64,000 nt of DNA from Octopus vulgaris. Lineage: Eukaryota. Positions 12,141 to 26,546 of the stretch are shown piece after piece. How positions within the stretch are numbered: position 1 is the stretch's first letter; every line of letters begins with the position of its first letter. The stretch is from assembly GCA_951406725.2 (NCBI GenBank), contig OX597820.1, forward strand, positions 57,722,001 to 57,786,000. The letters are read 5' to 3'. A model generated the notes under the pieces. That model searched no databases, had not been told where the DNA came from, and was given only the letters and a program-made list of their open reading frames with translations. Both the position numbers and the translations under genes were made by a program.

Positions 12141-13476
12141 GTAAATTAATAATTATTACCGACATCTTGTACTAATGGACCCAAACACCACACATTTTGT
12201 GAGATGGAAATAATCTATTTAACGAACTCTAGTGTTTGACATGAGATAAAGTACTTGGTAGATCAACTCCTGAAGGCTGAAAGGGCAAAGGTGAATTCGA
12301 CCGGATTTGATCTGAGAAGATAACAGGATGTTAACTAAACACTGCAGGGTATTTGGTCCGATATTCTGCCGTATCAGCCGGTCTACCTCTCATAATTAAT
12401 GTTGCCAGTCAAACGTGAATCATTCTCTTCTTTGGTGAATGTCACATCAAGTAAACGTGTCGCTTTATCATTGCGTCTGTGTAATTTCCATTCCTTTCTT
12501 TAGTCTTTGCCACAGTTTCCGCAAACTATGTTACCAACATCACCATCACCGCTGCCGTCACCATCTCCATGACAACAACAACATCAACAAATTAAAAAAA
12601 AAGCACTACTACTATAAGTAAAAAACGACAACAGAAACATTTAAAACAACTAAAAGAAAAGAACTCAAAAGAACAGCAACCAACATCTCGATATCGTCGC
12701 TGTTCTACAAACTAATTGCTATATATAAATAAAATCATCATCATCATCATCATCTTCATCATAAACCACTACCACCACCACCACCACCACCACAACAACA
12801 ACAACAACAACAACAACAAAGACCTCTAAGGCGGCTTAAAATCTCGTTATTTTCAAAGGATCCGAATCGCGTCGTTTTGTCTTCGTACTTTCGACGTTAT
12901 GCTTCAATGCAAGCTATTCATGGGCCATGTCACTATTGGAAGGCATTTCATTCAATCAATGGCGAATATTTTAGATGTTTCTAGAAAAATAATCTGCTTT
13001 CCTTCCTCTCACTTCGCCAACACCTTAAAGAATAAACGAACTACAATGTCGATGTTAGACAGTGGATGTAAAATATAATGAAATAAAATAAATGAAAAGT
13101 GAAACAAAATATTAGAAATATAAAAATTTAAAAAAAAAACAACCAAAAAAAATGATGCCTCATCCGAGAAAAGGAAACCCGCAGCAGAGAACACCTGCTT
13201 CCTTTATCACTTGTTGGCCGGTTTGGCGGCTGAGAAAAAAGACAACCTAGAAAGGAAAAAAAAATTAGCAAGGAGCCAACGCACCAAAACGAGTCACGTC
13301 TATGAATGTCTGCTAGTCTGTTAGTCTGACTGTCAGCCTGGCTCTGTCTCTCTATATCATTCCTTATTTTTCATTATTTTTATGTGCCACTACACACACA
13401 CACACACACACTCTCTCTCTCTCCCTCTCTGAGATCCACACATTCACACAAGTGTGTGCATTCATATATGTATGTA

Positions 13477-13532
<56 letters not shown>

Positions 13533-15180
13533 TAATCCAAACAAGAAAACACAGAAAAAAAACACAGAAAAAAACGCGAGGACATATATATATATATAGT
13601 ATATGTGTGTGTGTTTGCATGTATGTGTATGTTTGTAACTGTGTATACGTATTCACACTGATTCATAGATAATCACATGTATACATACATACGCACCTAT
13701 CTCTCTTTTGCCTTCTTTCTGTGAGTGTATATATATATATATGCATGTGCGCATATATTCTAATTATATAAATACACACGCATGCAACATAGGATGCATG
13801 TGCACGACTGTTTATATACGGGCATACATGTGTAAGTTTGTGTGTATATGTGTGTGTGCGCACGTGTAAGTGCATGCATTAAAATAATAAATTCAGGTAG
13901 GTGCTGATGACTTAGGCAAAAAGAAAAGAAAATTCCAAATATATTCAAAAATTTTCTTTTAGCTAGAGAAGAAAAACAAAAAAAAAACTAGATTTGGTTT
14001 CACAGAAAGAAGAGAGAACAAATTATGATCATTGTAGGTTACGTATGGTAACAGCTATGGACATGCTTAGTTCTTATTAAACCCTTTCAACGAAGCCCAG
14101 CCTTCTCAAGCTAGCTTGTGATCAGTAGACGGAGATTTTAAGAAGCTAATAAAGAACCTCTTTTTGTTGTCATAGTTTTGATTCATCTTTGCTTTTGCTG
14201 TTTTTCGCAACTATCTGTCTTTTCTTTTTCTTTATCATTTTAATGCATGCACTTACACCGCAAGGAATTGTTGTTGACAAAGCACAGCAGAAATTGTATT
14301 CACCTCAATAGACGTCATTGATTGGTTGAAATTGCCGAAATGAAAGAAATTTAACAACAAATAGCTTACAAACTACAGAATTTTCTCAAGAAAGCCAAGA
14401 GAAAAAGATGTTTTACGTAACACATTCTATACGAATGTTTAAAAGTGTTTAGTTACAAAGAAATTATTTTAAAAATCTGCCGGTCAAAGCGAAAAGATCC
14501 AAGTTAATTTCACGAGCTGGCTGCCCCGTTGATAAAATCAACTGGAACGCTCATCGTCGTAACCGACCGAGTACCAGTTTTAAATCAAGGATGTTTGTTC
14601 TATTTTATTTTATTTCATTCACTTTTAGTTAAACGAACACTCTTAACAGATTGTAGATCGAGTTTTTTTTATATGGGATAACATTTCTACGAATTATTTT
14701 GAAAATAATCGGAGCTAAATCTCACTTTAAACAACTCTTAACATTGTTAGTTTGTTTTGTTTCTTTGTTACTTTGTTAGTTTATATATTTGCTTATTTTT
14801 GTTCGTATGCTTTTCCGGTTTTCCTGTTTTATCAATAAACAATAAAGGTGGAGGTAACTGGTTCAATGTTCAACGCCATTGTTCCCGACTATTTGGTGTC
14901 GCCTTAACGTCTCTTTCGGTGCCAGGTGGTCATCATGAGTAATTGAAGTATGTCGGGAAGAAGAAAAATAAAAAAAGAAACAAAGAAAAAAGGAAGCCTA
15001 TTGGGTCACAGTATTTTCTATGGTTAATTGCTGTAAAACAACAATTATATTTAGTACCAGCATCATTAACAGGAACAAGCCAACGAGGGACCCTGTATAT
15101 GGTCGATCGGCTTGCTAGAAATAGGAGACTTATTAGCCTGAAACTTAACCCTACAGTCTTAGAAAGAGAAAAGGATAATG

Positions 15181-15577
15181 GGTATTATTTAAGAAGAGTG
15201 GTTCCAGTGCGCACACTCGCGTACTTGCGCATCCGCAATAGCTAGTCGTGACTAGTCGATCCAACAACGATGTTTTAAGAGTATGATGAGGGTACCAAAA
15301 ACAGGTAGTGTGTTATTTTTATTTAATTTGTTTAGAAAAAATTATTTACGTTGTTTAGAAAAAAAAATTATTTACTTTGTTTAAAAAAAATTATTTACTT
15401 TGTGTAAAAAATCATTTATTTTGTTTAAAAAAAACATATTTGTTAAAAAAAAAACCCATCTGTTAATTTGCATACGCGCACTCGCTCTAGGTAGTCTTTG
15501 TAGGATCGACTAGTTACGACTAGCTAGCGCGGATGCATGAGTGCGCGCACCTGGACCACTCTTCTTAAATAGTACCG
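15181..15577. mobile_element. MITE with ~85-bp imperfect TIRs
   Basis: GGTATTATTTAAGAAGAGTGG..TAGCTAGTCGTGACTAGTCGATCC matches the reverse complement at ~15500-15577; AT-rich interior. Confidence 0.75.
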
Positions 15578-16177
15578 TATAATATAGTCCTAAATACACT
15601 ATGTTTTAATGAAAGACGGGATGGCCATGACTAGAATCCCTTTGAACTCGAAGAAAACAACACCACAACACCAGCAACTGTAGCATCAACAATAACGAAT
15701 AGAAGAACTTGAGCACAATGGCTGAAAACTCAGTAGGGACCTTACTACAAACGAAAACACAGATATACACATACGCATAAAGTCACACTCATATTGTGAC
15801 ACGCATATACTCTCATTCTTTATTATATACATGAGACAGCGAGAGGAAGTCTGTACGCAGTCGTTCGACCCGTTAAAAATAATAGTGAAATGTTTCTCGA
15901 TTCACAATTTGCAGTCTTTTCAAAAAGCTACATTGGATAATGCTGTCTTAGATATGCTGTGTCTAAATAACAGATGGGTCTGTCAATTATGGAGTACCTC
16001 TCACTATAGGTCTGTTCGATCAGGGATGACGTGGAGCTAAACAGCAATGTTAATCCTTTATACTTTCTACTATAGACACAAGGCCTGAAATTTTGGGGAA
16101 GGGGCAGTCGATTAGATCGACTCTAGTACACAACTGGTACTTAGTTTATCGACCCCGAAAGGATAAAAGGCAAAGTG

Positions 16178-16695
<518 letters not shown>

Positions 16696-17092
16696 TGAAT
16701 TCAAATCCCTTGCCTTTCATCCTATCGGGGTCGATAAATTAAGTACCAGTTTCGTACTGGGATCGATCTAATCGACTGGCCCTCTCCTCCCAAATTTCGG
16801 GCCTTGTGCCTAGAGTAGAAAAAAATTAAGAAAAAACAAAGCCTTCCAGCCACGACAATCCTGTCATTTCAGGCGTATGTACGATTGTGTTTCCTTGTGC
16901 AATTGTTCTCACTAATAATGGACAAATTTGAGCTGAAGGAGATCCCTTTATATCTATTGCATCAATTCATTATTAAATACCTCATAATGGTCACTGGTAA
17001 TATGTCCTAAATGGACAGTTCAAATACTAATGCGTAGTTCATAAATATATATGCATGTATGTATAGATGCAAGTATGTACAGATGCATGTAC

Positions 17093-17145
<53 letters not shown>

Positions 17146-17162
17146 TACATACATACATACAT

Positions 17163-17221
<59 letters not shown>

Positions 17222-17298
17222 GTGTGTATATGCATGTATATATAGATGGATGTACCTATATATATATATTTATTGTATTTATATATACATATACATAT

Positions 17299-17464
17299 AT
17301 AGGCGCAGGAGTGGCTGTGTGGTAAGTAGCTTGCTTACCAACCACATGGTTCTGGGTTCATTCCCACTGCGTGGCATCTTGGGCAAGTGTCCTCTACTAT
17401 AGTCTCGGGCCGACCAAAGCCTTGTGAGTGGATTTGGTAGACTGAAACTGAAAGAAGCCCGTCA

Positions 17465-17524
<60 letters not shown>

Positions 17525-17757
17525 TGTATGTATGTATATGTTTCTGTGCGTGCATATGTTTGTGTGTCTGTGTTTGTCTACCCAACATCGCTTGAAACCG
17601 ATGCTGGTGTGTTTACGTCCCCATAACTTAGCGATTCGGCAAGAGCGACCGATAGAATAAGTACTAGGCTTACAAAGAATAAGTCCTGGGGGCGATTTGC
17701 TCGACTAAAGGCGGTGCTCCAGTATGGCCGCAGTCAAATGATTGAAACATAAAAAAA
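17299..17757 (+). mobile_element. SINE family B, full-length
   Basis: tRNA-like head TGGCTGTGTGGTAAG..GGGTTCA; CORE-like TTGGGCAAGTGTC; internal microsatellite; conserved tail to TGA(C/T)TGAAAC. Confidence 0.85.
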
Positions 17758-17772
17758 GAAAGAAAAAAGAAA

Positions 17773-18233
<461 letters not shown>

Positions 18234-18480
18234 GATATATATACATCAAACTAAAATGTAATTTTACAGGTGAAAAGCGATATTACAGTTTTAATATGTG
18301 AAATTTAGTTTTTGATATAACATAGCAAACACTTGAAATTTAATATTTCATATAGTTTAGTAAACATTTGAAATTCAATATTAGATACAGTATTGAAAAT
18401 ATTTGAAAATTATTGCTTAGTAGAGAATAGTAACGCTTTGAAATTTGCGTGTTTGTGTGTGCCCACGCGCGCCTGTGCAA

Positions 18481-18511
<31 letters not shown>

Positions 18512-18854
18512 TGTATGAAGGTAGGTAGGTAGGTAGGTAGGTAAGTACGTATTGACTCTTGAGTGATCAAAACACGAAGCCCTGTGAGAATTAATGCTTT
18601 GAACTAATTCTTTGAACTCAATGTTCTGTAATAGCGAAAATCAAATTTTTTAAGTACAGTAACTAACACCTTCCAAACTAAACCTAAACACAGTTTAAAA
18701 GAAATTAAGAAAATTCGTAGGATTCTAATTTTTTAAACAAAACTAGAGACATATATGAAATAATTGAAACGTTACATTGACAACTCTTCAGCATTAACAT
18801 TATACAAAGTGACAAAAAAGCAAGTGAATAATATATGAATAACGAAGTATATTC

Positions 18855-19512
18855 TTTTTTACTCCAGTCACAAGGCCCGAAATTTTGGGGGAGGGAGTGG
18901 GGGGGGGGGCAGTCGATTAGATCGATCCTAGTACGTAACTGGTACTTAATTTATCGATTTCGAAAGGATGAAAGGCAAAGTCGACCTCGGCGGAATTTGA
19001 ACTCAAAACGTAAAAGACAGAAGAAATGCCGCTAAGCATTTCGCCTGGCGTGATAACGTTTATTATATCTTTATTGTCCACAAGGGGCTAAACAAAGAGG
19101 GGACAAACAAGGATAGACAAAAGAAATTAAGTCGATTATATCGACCCTAGTGCGTAACTGGTACTTATTTAATCGACCCCGAAAGGATGAAAAGCAAAGT
19201 CGACCTCGGCGTAATTTTAACTCAGAACGTAGCGGCAGACGCAATACCGCTAAGTATTTCGCCCGGTGTGCTAACGTTTCTTATTTCTTTATTGCCTACA
19301 AGGGGTGACACACAGAGGGGACAAATAAGGACAGACAAAGAGATTAAGTCGATTACATCGACCCCAATGCGTAACTGGTACTTAATTTATCGACCCCGAA
19401 AGGATGAAAGGCAAAACCGACCTCGGCGGAATTTGAACTGCGAACGTAGCAACGGGCGAAATACCGCTAAGCATTTCGTCCAGCGTGCTTACGATTCTGC
19501 CAGCTCGCCGCC
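18855..19512 (-). mobile_element. SINE family A, three-core multimer
   Basis: Same architecture as 2382-2996. Confidence 0.85.
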
Positions 19513-19541
19513 TTTATAATAATAATAATAATAACGATAAC

Positions 19542-19600
<59 letters not shown>

Positions 19601-19601
<1 letters not shown>

Positions 19602-20158
19602 AAATACCCTGATGAGTATCAGGCAGTGGCTCTCATGGCTTCTGATCTTAACTGATTGGAAGTGTTATCATGTACATTGTTTTGTCTTGGTATAAAAGAT
19701 GGGCTACAGCAAATATTCTGCTCAATACCACAGATTTGCTTGTCAGTTATTTGACCATAACGAGTTGAGCATGTCCCTTAGTGGCTGATGATATGTGCAT
19801 CTCTGATCACAAGCAGAAATAATGGGGGAGTATCATAGCCATGTGTTGAGAGGGATTCTTTGGGGTTTGAATAATTCACCTCTGGAAACATGGGTGTTTC
19901 GTTCAACATCCTTAAACAACCCTTATTCAGGGACCTTTTGAGCGAGATGGGCTACTCGACCAGAAGAAATCTCTAACTGGGCCCCACCTGCAAGGTCCTG
20001 TGCTGTTTATCTTGATATGAGATCACCATGTCGCGCACATATGGTTGTGATGCATGTGCCTAGTGTACCCTTATCAGACGGGTAGTCATGATGGATATAC
20101 TGGGCTTCGTATATTTTACCCCAGTGTCACTTTGATAGCATGCACTGCTCTCTCACTC
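19601..20158. mobile_element. Non-coding interspersed repeat inserted in (TAA)n
   Basis: Highly similar to 53665-54113; (TAA)n on both sides. Confidence 0.75.
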
Positions 20159-20200
20159 AATAATAATAATGATAATAATAATAATAATAATAATAATAAC

Positions 20201-20245
<45 letters not shown>

Positions 20246-20319
20246 CTATAGCTTCTTTTTCTTAAGTATATTATTCGCCCTTCTTTTCTCAGGTTTTCAT
20301 AGTCTTTCCTCTTCTCCTT

Positions 20320-20365
20320 GTCATTTGAAGAAGGACCAATACCCGAAACGCTATAGCTATGAACT
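20320..20365 (+). ncRNA. Degenerate hammerhead-like motif
   Basis: TCAT-TTGAAGA-A-GG..CC-GAAA-C-GCTATAGC-T-ATGA; palindromic GCTATAGC; imperfect core and cleavage site. Confidence 0.35.
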
Positions 20366-21342
20366 TTCTCCATTTCCACGCGCGTCAAGCTATTAGCATT
20401 ACCCCTTTGTTTGTTTGTCCGTTTATTTATTATTTTTTCTTTTCTGTATTTTATTTTCAATAATCCGATTCAGAAAATGATACCAAGCTCTCTCACGCGA
20501 CGTGTATCTCATAGCAATTGCATTTTGGATGAGTGCATTACCGATCATGCCAAAGAGACCCTATTATGTTCTCCTGCCGATCGTGTAGGCCATATGTATA
20601 ATAAGAATTTTCTTAATATAAATTTACAGTACTACATTATTACATATATAAGGATTATAGCTAATTTCGTAGTCACTTAACCACCAGCACAGACTGGGTC
20701 ATTCTATTACTTTACAATATCGTCAAGTATCGTACTAAAATTTGATATTCATGGCGAGATTTAATCTCCAAATTGTACAAAATTTCGTGCTATACATTAA
20801 TGTTTGAGTATATTATTCTTTTCTAGATTAATCCTTCCAAATGAATTGTAATTTCTATTTAAAATCTGATTCGTTATATTAACAGACACAAATACATACA
20901 CACACGTGATACACTGTTGTCGATTGTGAAGATCATGGAAATTATACAATGCAGAATACATTAATAAATCTAAACCAAGAAAAGCAAGCAAAATATGTAA
21001 ACTAAACGGAAATATATTTAAAACAGATCTGAATAAATATGAATGGTTTCTATATAAACGTGACTCACCGTATCCCTACGTCTTTCCCCTGCGTCTGAAT
21101 AAAAGTACAGTCGTACCTATAGAGATTAAATTACTAAAAGAAATTACTCATGTCCGATGTGGTCAGAATCCAACCAACTACAGAAAACAAAAATATTCTC
21201 ACCGTTCTATTAAGCAAAGATTATTCAAAGTAATATTATATGAATATTGTATTAATATTTTATTGACACACTTACGTATTGTACCGCATATGTTTGTATA
21301 TACGTATGTAGGTACGCATGCATGTATGTGTGTATGTATGTG

Positions 21343-21395
<53 letters not shown>

Positions 21396-21767
21396 GTTCA
21401 CAAATACACACACGCACATTTTTTATATAACACATATATTCAACAAAAATGAATTAAAAGAAATATCTCAGAGTTGCTAATGGCAAGAATTTGGAGAACA
21501 AAGATGAATAAAAGTATGTTAAATACGATAGAAGATGAACTCCTTGATGCATTGAAACTGTCTTTGCTCCAAAATGAGAAAGAAAGAAAGAAAGAAAGGA
21601 AAGAAGGAAGGAAGGAAAGAAGGAAGAAAGACACCTGATGGCGACTGCGGGCAACTTCGATTGCGGAGAGAAGATAATATCAAGAAATAACAGTTCTGTA
21701 GAGCTGACATGCTATTGATGAATATATATATATAACGAATATATATATATAACGAAGTCAATGTCTA

Positions 21768-22163
21768 CTAGCAGTATCGCCCGGCGTTGCTCGGGTTTGT
21801 AAGGGAAATAACTATATAAGCATTTTTAGAGATTTAAAGTATAATAGCCATCTCAATATGGCTAACCACAAAGGGGGGTGTTACTGTAGGTTTTTACGTT
21901 CTGAGATTTAATAATAAATTTTTAGAGAGTTACTTCCCTTATATATGCCAAAAATGCATTAAAAATAGGAAAAATTGATGGTAAAGTTTTTTAAAAATCG
22001 TAGACTCATCGTAGACGCGCGCTAATACCCAGAAGGGCTCGATATGAATCACGACTATAAGATACCCGGTTTTGGTTAAACTGCACCGCAAAATGTGGGA
22101 GTAGTTAGGAATCAAAATCGTAGGAGACAGACACTCACACAACTTCACTTTTATATATAAAGA
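21768..22163 (-). mobile_element. Non-autonomous Helitron
   Basis: On minus strand: A|TCTTTATATATAAAA start, subterminal hairpin CCCGAGCAACGCCGGG, CTAG|T end. Confidence 0.85.
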
Positions 22164-22562
22164 TATAACGCGTCCACTTGGCCGTTACAACACGTGCTCA
22201 CAGATGGTATTTGTCTTGAGTCCCAACTATGAGTAAAACATACAAGAAACACACAGCCAAGTTAATGACGTTTGAATATGCGCCAGATTTAGGCTAGCGT
22301 CGAAATGTCAATAGGAAGTATTTTCTGACACCTGAATGACATCTTAGTGGCTAATAAATAAAACCCAAACGTTGGCTTGATTTATTATTTAGCATATTGT
22401 CTCAGAGCAAACTAGATAATATGTTGTGAATGTTAATGCGGATATTTTCGTAGTTGTTTAGGTTTTAGTTTTGTTCAAGAAAGCATATTTCGCTTTGTCT
22501 TTTTACTCGTTTCACTCATTAGACTGCGGCCATACTAGTGCTTCGCATTGAAGAGTTTAGAC

Positions 22563-23151
22563 TAGTGGCTCCCAAAGTTTTTTCCGGGCTTCCGCCTCCT
22601 TAGCACCCAGGCTACATTCTAGCGCCCCCACTCAGCTCCCCCCACACACACACATAGACCAATCTCTGCAGCAAATTCAAAACAACTGGTTTTCAGAAAC
22701 AAAACTGAATCTAATTAAAACATTGTTTTGTTGATTTTACATGCCCCCTTTTGACCGAATCCAGGCAAAAAAAATGTCACGAGTAACAAAGTAACAGGGG
22801 TTTTGTCCGGGCTGGTGGGGGGTCCGAGGGGGTTTTTGTCCGAGGAGTTTTGTCCGAGGGGGTTTTGTCTGAGGGAGTTTTGTCCAAGGGTGTTTTGTCC
22901 GAGGGGTTTTGTCCGAGTGGGGTTTTGTCCGAGTGGGGTTTTGTTCGGATCTCATAAATTAATTGTGACTTTTTTCTGCTGACTTTTTATCCTAGCCAAA
23001 ATTATGACTTTATTACTGTTACATTTTTACCCGTGACTTTATTACCGGTCATCTCTTGACCAACCCATTACCATCCGAGTTTTCTTCAACGCCCCCCGGA
23101 TCTTACTACTGCCCCTCAGAGGAGCAGTACCGCCCACTTTGGGAACCACTT
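22563..23151. mobile_element. hAT-like MITE inside a family B SINE tail
   Basis: TIRs TAGTGGCTCCCAAAG / CTTTGGGAACCACT. Confidence 0.65.
22796..22950. repeat. Tandem GGGGTTTTGTCCGA array (~9 units of ~16-17 bp)
   Basis: Directly visible; typical of subterminal repeats of DNA-transposon MITEs. Confidence 0.8.
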
Positions 23152-23389
23152 TAGTCAAACAAATCAACCTATTTACTTTTTCATTTTTAAAGCTTAGTAC
23201 ATATTCTATCTCCTTTTCCCAGAACCATTAAGTTACGTGGACGTAAACCGGTGGTCAAACAGTGGTGGAGAATAAACAGAAACACAAAGACGAATTAACT
23301 AACTCGCACATTACAAATACAATCTATAAGTGCAAGACTTTTCTCAAGTTTGAAATGTGACTGATCTGCTAGAAACTCTTTTATCGATC

Positions 23390-24880
23390 TTATCGAGGCA
23401 TCAGCCAGTCAGGCTGATTGCCCGGGCCAGCCTAACTACCTCTCTCCAACCCTCCTGATCTTCCATTAGTGTTTTTAGGGCTTCAACTTGGCATCCAACA
23501 TCTTCTGCAAGCTTTTATATATACGTCTTCTGTGGTACCATGTATATACCGGCTGCTGTGGTACCATGGTTTGGTGCTCACAGCAACACATTACTCACTA
23601 GTTCTTCTTTACTTTTCCAGCAGTGGCCAGTAAACCTCAGCATCCACTTTTGGATGATTGATGAGAAAGTTGGTACATTCCCATATAACCGCTGTTTTGT
23701 TAGGTGCTCCCTCCAAGAGATGTTGAGCACTGCACGTAGCATTCTAGTGTAGGCACTGTCTAGCATGCACCCGAGTCTCTTGGTGAGAGTCCAAGTCGGA
23801 GATCCATATGCAAGCACAGATTCAACAACTACTCTGAAGAACTGTTCGGTAGCATTGACTTATCGTCTCTCGTACGATTTATACCTAAGCACAACATCCT
23901 CATCATTGGCGGAGATATGAATGCACAAGTAGGCCATGACAATCCCCATCACAAGTACTCGTTCCATCAAACTTCAAACCGAAATGGAGAACACTTAGAA
24001 CACTTTTTGGTAGAAAACAAACTTCAATGCCTGAACACTTATTTTCGGAAGAGACTACGAAATAAGTAGGCCCATACTTCCCCAAACAGATTCAAAGCTC
24101 AGACTATCTTAACATGAACAAAAAGTGGATTAACAGTTACTACAACTGAAGCATATAACACTTTCTTTAGTGTATCATCTGATTATCGAGTAGTAACATC
24201 TAAGCTTCAAGTAAGCCTCCGAACAAGCAAGATAAAAGAAACCTCAAAACCGCCCTATAACTGGTCTATTCTGATGTGCAACGAGGAAGTCTGAAATGAT
24301 TTCATGAGCAAACTCAGAAATCGCTTCCATAAGTTACAAGATGCAAACGATCACACACCAAACACAACATATCTCAACTTCGTCCGAGCTCATTATGAAG
24401 CTGCTGAAAAATGCATCCTTTTGAGACCAAAAGTGAAAGGACGAGACCCTTAGGAAAGCGATACAGTGCTCGCAAAAAGAATTAACATAAAGGAAATAGC
24501 CAAATAGCACAACAGGAATCCTACGAGAAGAAATTTAAATAGAAAAACGAAGGCGCTGAAAGAACTTAATGTATTATATCAGACGGAACAGCAAAAATAC
24601 ATTCAAAGCCAAATTGACAAAATCGAAAACGCAGCAGACAACAAACAGTCTTCCTTGGCGTGGCTGACAGTAAATGGAGTGAGTGGTCGGAAGAAATCTT
24701 CAAAAGTGAAGTTAAAGGACTCTAGTCTACAGGAGAAACTGAGTTAGTGGAAATGCCATTTTCAAAACCTTCTGGGGAAATCACCGAATACATCAAACCG
24801 GCGAATCCATCGTATTGTTGAAGAGGTCCTAGATATCAAGCAGGGCCCCTTCTCGATAGAAGTCGTACTGAAGAAGACAA
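23390..24880 (-). mobile_element. Decayed RTE-like LINE with inverted 5' segment
   Basis: Minus 23390-23850: post-RT motifs ESVLAYGSPTWTLTK..YTRMLRAVLNISW..LRFTGHCW. Plus ~23850-24880: APE endonuclease motifs IIGGDMNAQVG..NRNGEHL..CLNTYF..VSSDYRVV, with stops. Confidence 0.85.
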
Positions 24881-24953
24881 GAACCTCTCACCACCACCAT
24901 ATAGCTTAAAACGAAATCGAAATGTAAACCTGTGAACTCGTGAAGCATCTTAT

Positions 24954-25060
24954 GTCACCTGAGGAGGCTATTTTGCACTGTGCGTTGCACCTGGTATTAT
25001 TACCGCGTTCTAAGCCCACTGGAGAGCAGTGCAGTATGAAGCCGAAACGATTGTTATGCC
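24954..25060 (+). ncRNA. Type I hammerhead motif with extended stem II and decayed stem I
   Basis: CTGAGGA 24959-24965; stem II GGCT/AGCC extended by TGCACTG/CAGTGCA; GAAA-CGATTG-TT; then AATAAA and (TA)n. Confidence 0.6.
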
Positions 25061-25100
25061 AATAAATACTCCTAGTTACACTCCGTCTTCGGTATTAATT

Positions 25101-25159
<59 letters not shown>

Positions 25160-25347
25160 GTGTGTGTGTGTGTGTGTGAGTGTGTGTGTGTATATATGCG
25201 TACCTTCGTTTTGGGATCACCAATACTTTATTACCTCCCCTTCTTTCAGTCGCTGCTGTAAAACCGTTTTTTTCTAACCAGTCGCCGTGCTGGACCGCTA
25301 AATCTACAAGTTTTTGTTTTTCTTTCTCTCTTTATTTTCTCTTATCC

Positions 25348-25383
25348 CTTTCTGTTGAAGAGTGTATTCTCGAAACTTAAAAG
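25348..25383 (+). ncRNA. Minimal hammerhead-like motif with A6U core change, probably inactive
   Basis: CTTT-CTGTTGA-A-GAG..CTC-GAAA-CT-TA-AAAG. Confidence 0.4.
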
Positions 25384-25478
25384 ACTTTTTCACTTTCTCG
25401 AGCGTCAAACTAATACACCTGCTTGTTGTTGATACACCTATCTTCGTCTTTTGTTTTTCTGTAAATTTCAACTAAATA

Positions 25479-25514
<36 letters not shown>

Positions 25515-26397
25515 TGTATGTATGTATGTATGTATGTATGTATGTATGTATGTATATGAGACGAGCTTCTTTCAGTTTCCGTCTACGATATCCACTCACA
25601 AGGCTTTAGTCGGACAGTGGCTATAGTAGAAGACAAGCTCACAGTACCACGCTGTGTGACTGAACCAAGAACCATGTAGTTGGGAAGCAAACTTCTTAAT
25701 ACACAGCTACGCCTGCTCGTATGTATGATGAAAAACATTCCAGCCGTGACAATACAGTCATCGTTTCAGATCTAGCTTGTCTATGACAATATTATCTAAT
25801 ATGTCACCATCTTAATTTTTTTTTCAAGACAGCAGGTTGTGGGTTCAATGAGTTTTGGTAATTTCTTACAGACTGATATCCACTCAGCTCGAGTTATAAG
25901 AAGAACTACAGAAGAAATAGATACCCCTCCCATCAAAGACCTGAGCTGGAGAAATGTCTAGAGAGGCAGAAGAAAGAGCTTGCAGTATTTCTATTGGAAC
26001 TTTATATTCTGAGTTCAAATCCTGCCGTGGGCAATCTTGCCATTAATTCTTATGAGAGTCAATAAAATAAAATTCTAGTTAATACTGACGTTAATGTTAT
26101 CGACAAATCCCATACCCAGCTGACCTGGTTCCAGAAATCTGAAACCATTATCTAGAGCAGTTGACGCTAAAATCGAAAAAGTGGAGAAGAAGAAAGAAAG
26201 AAAGAATCTTACAGTATTTATTCTGGCTCTTTCCGTTTTGAATTTAAACCTGATTGAGATCTACAATGCAATTCGTCGATCCAAGATCGATAAACTAAAG
26301 TACCAGTTAAGAGACCGGGTCGATATAATCGACTGTTCTCTTTCCCAAAATACCATGACTTCCGACTTAGCAAGAAATCGTTTTTATTTGTAGTAGT

Positions 26398-26445
<48 letters not shown>

Positions 26446-26467
26446 CAGCAGCAGCAGTAGCAGTAGC

Positions 26468-26546
<79 letters not shown>

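Noticed and set aside
19607-19625. CTGATGAG as a hammerhead core
   Set aside because: No suitably placed GAAA or stems; forms only a small local hairpin
22796-22950. CRISPR-like or telomeric array
   Set aside because: No unique spacers and not a telomeric motif; eukaryotic MITE-type subterminal repeats
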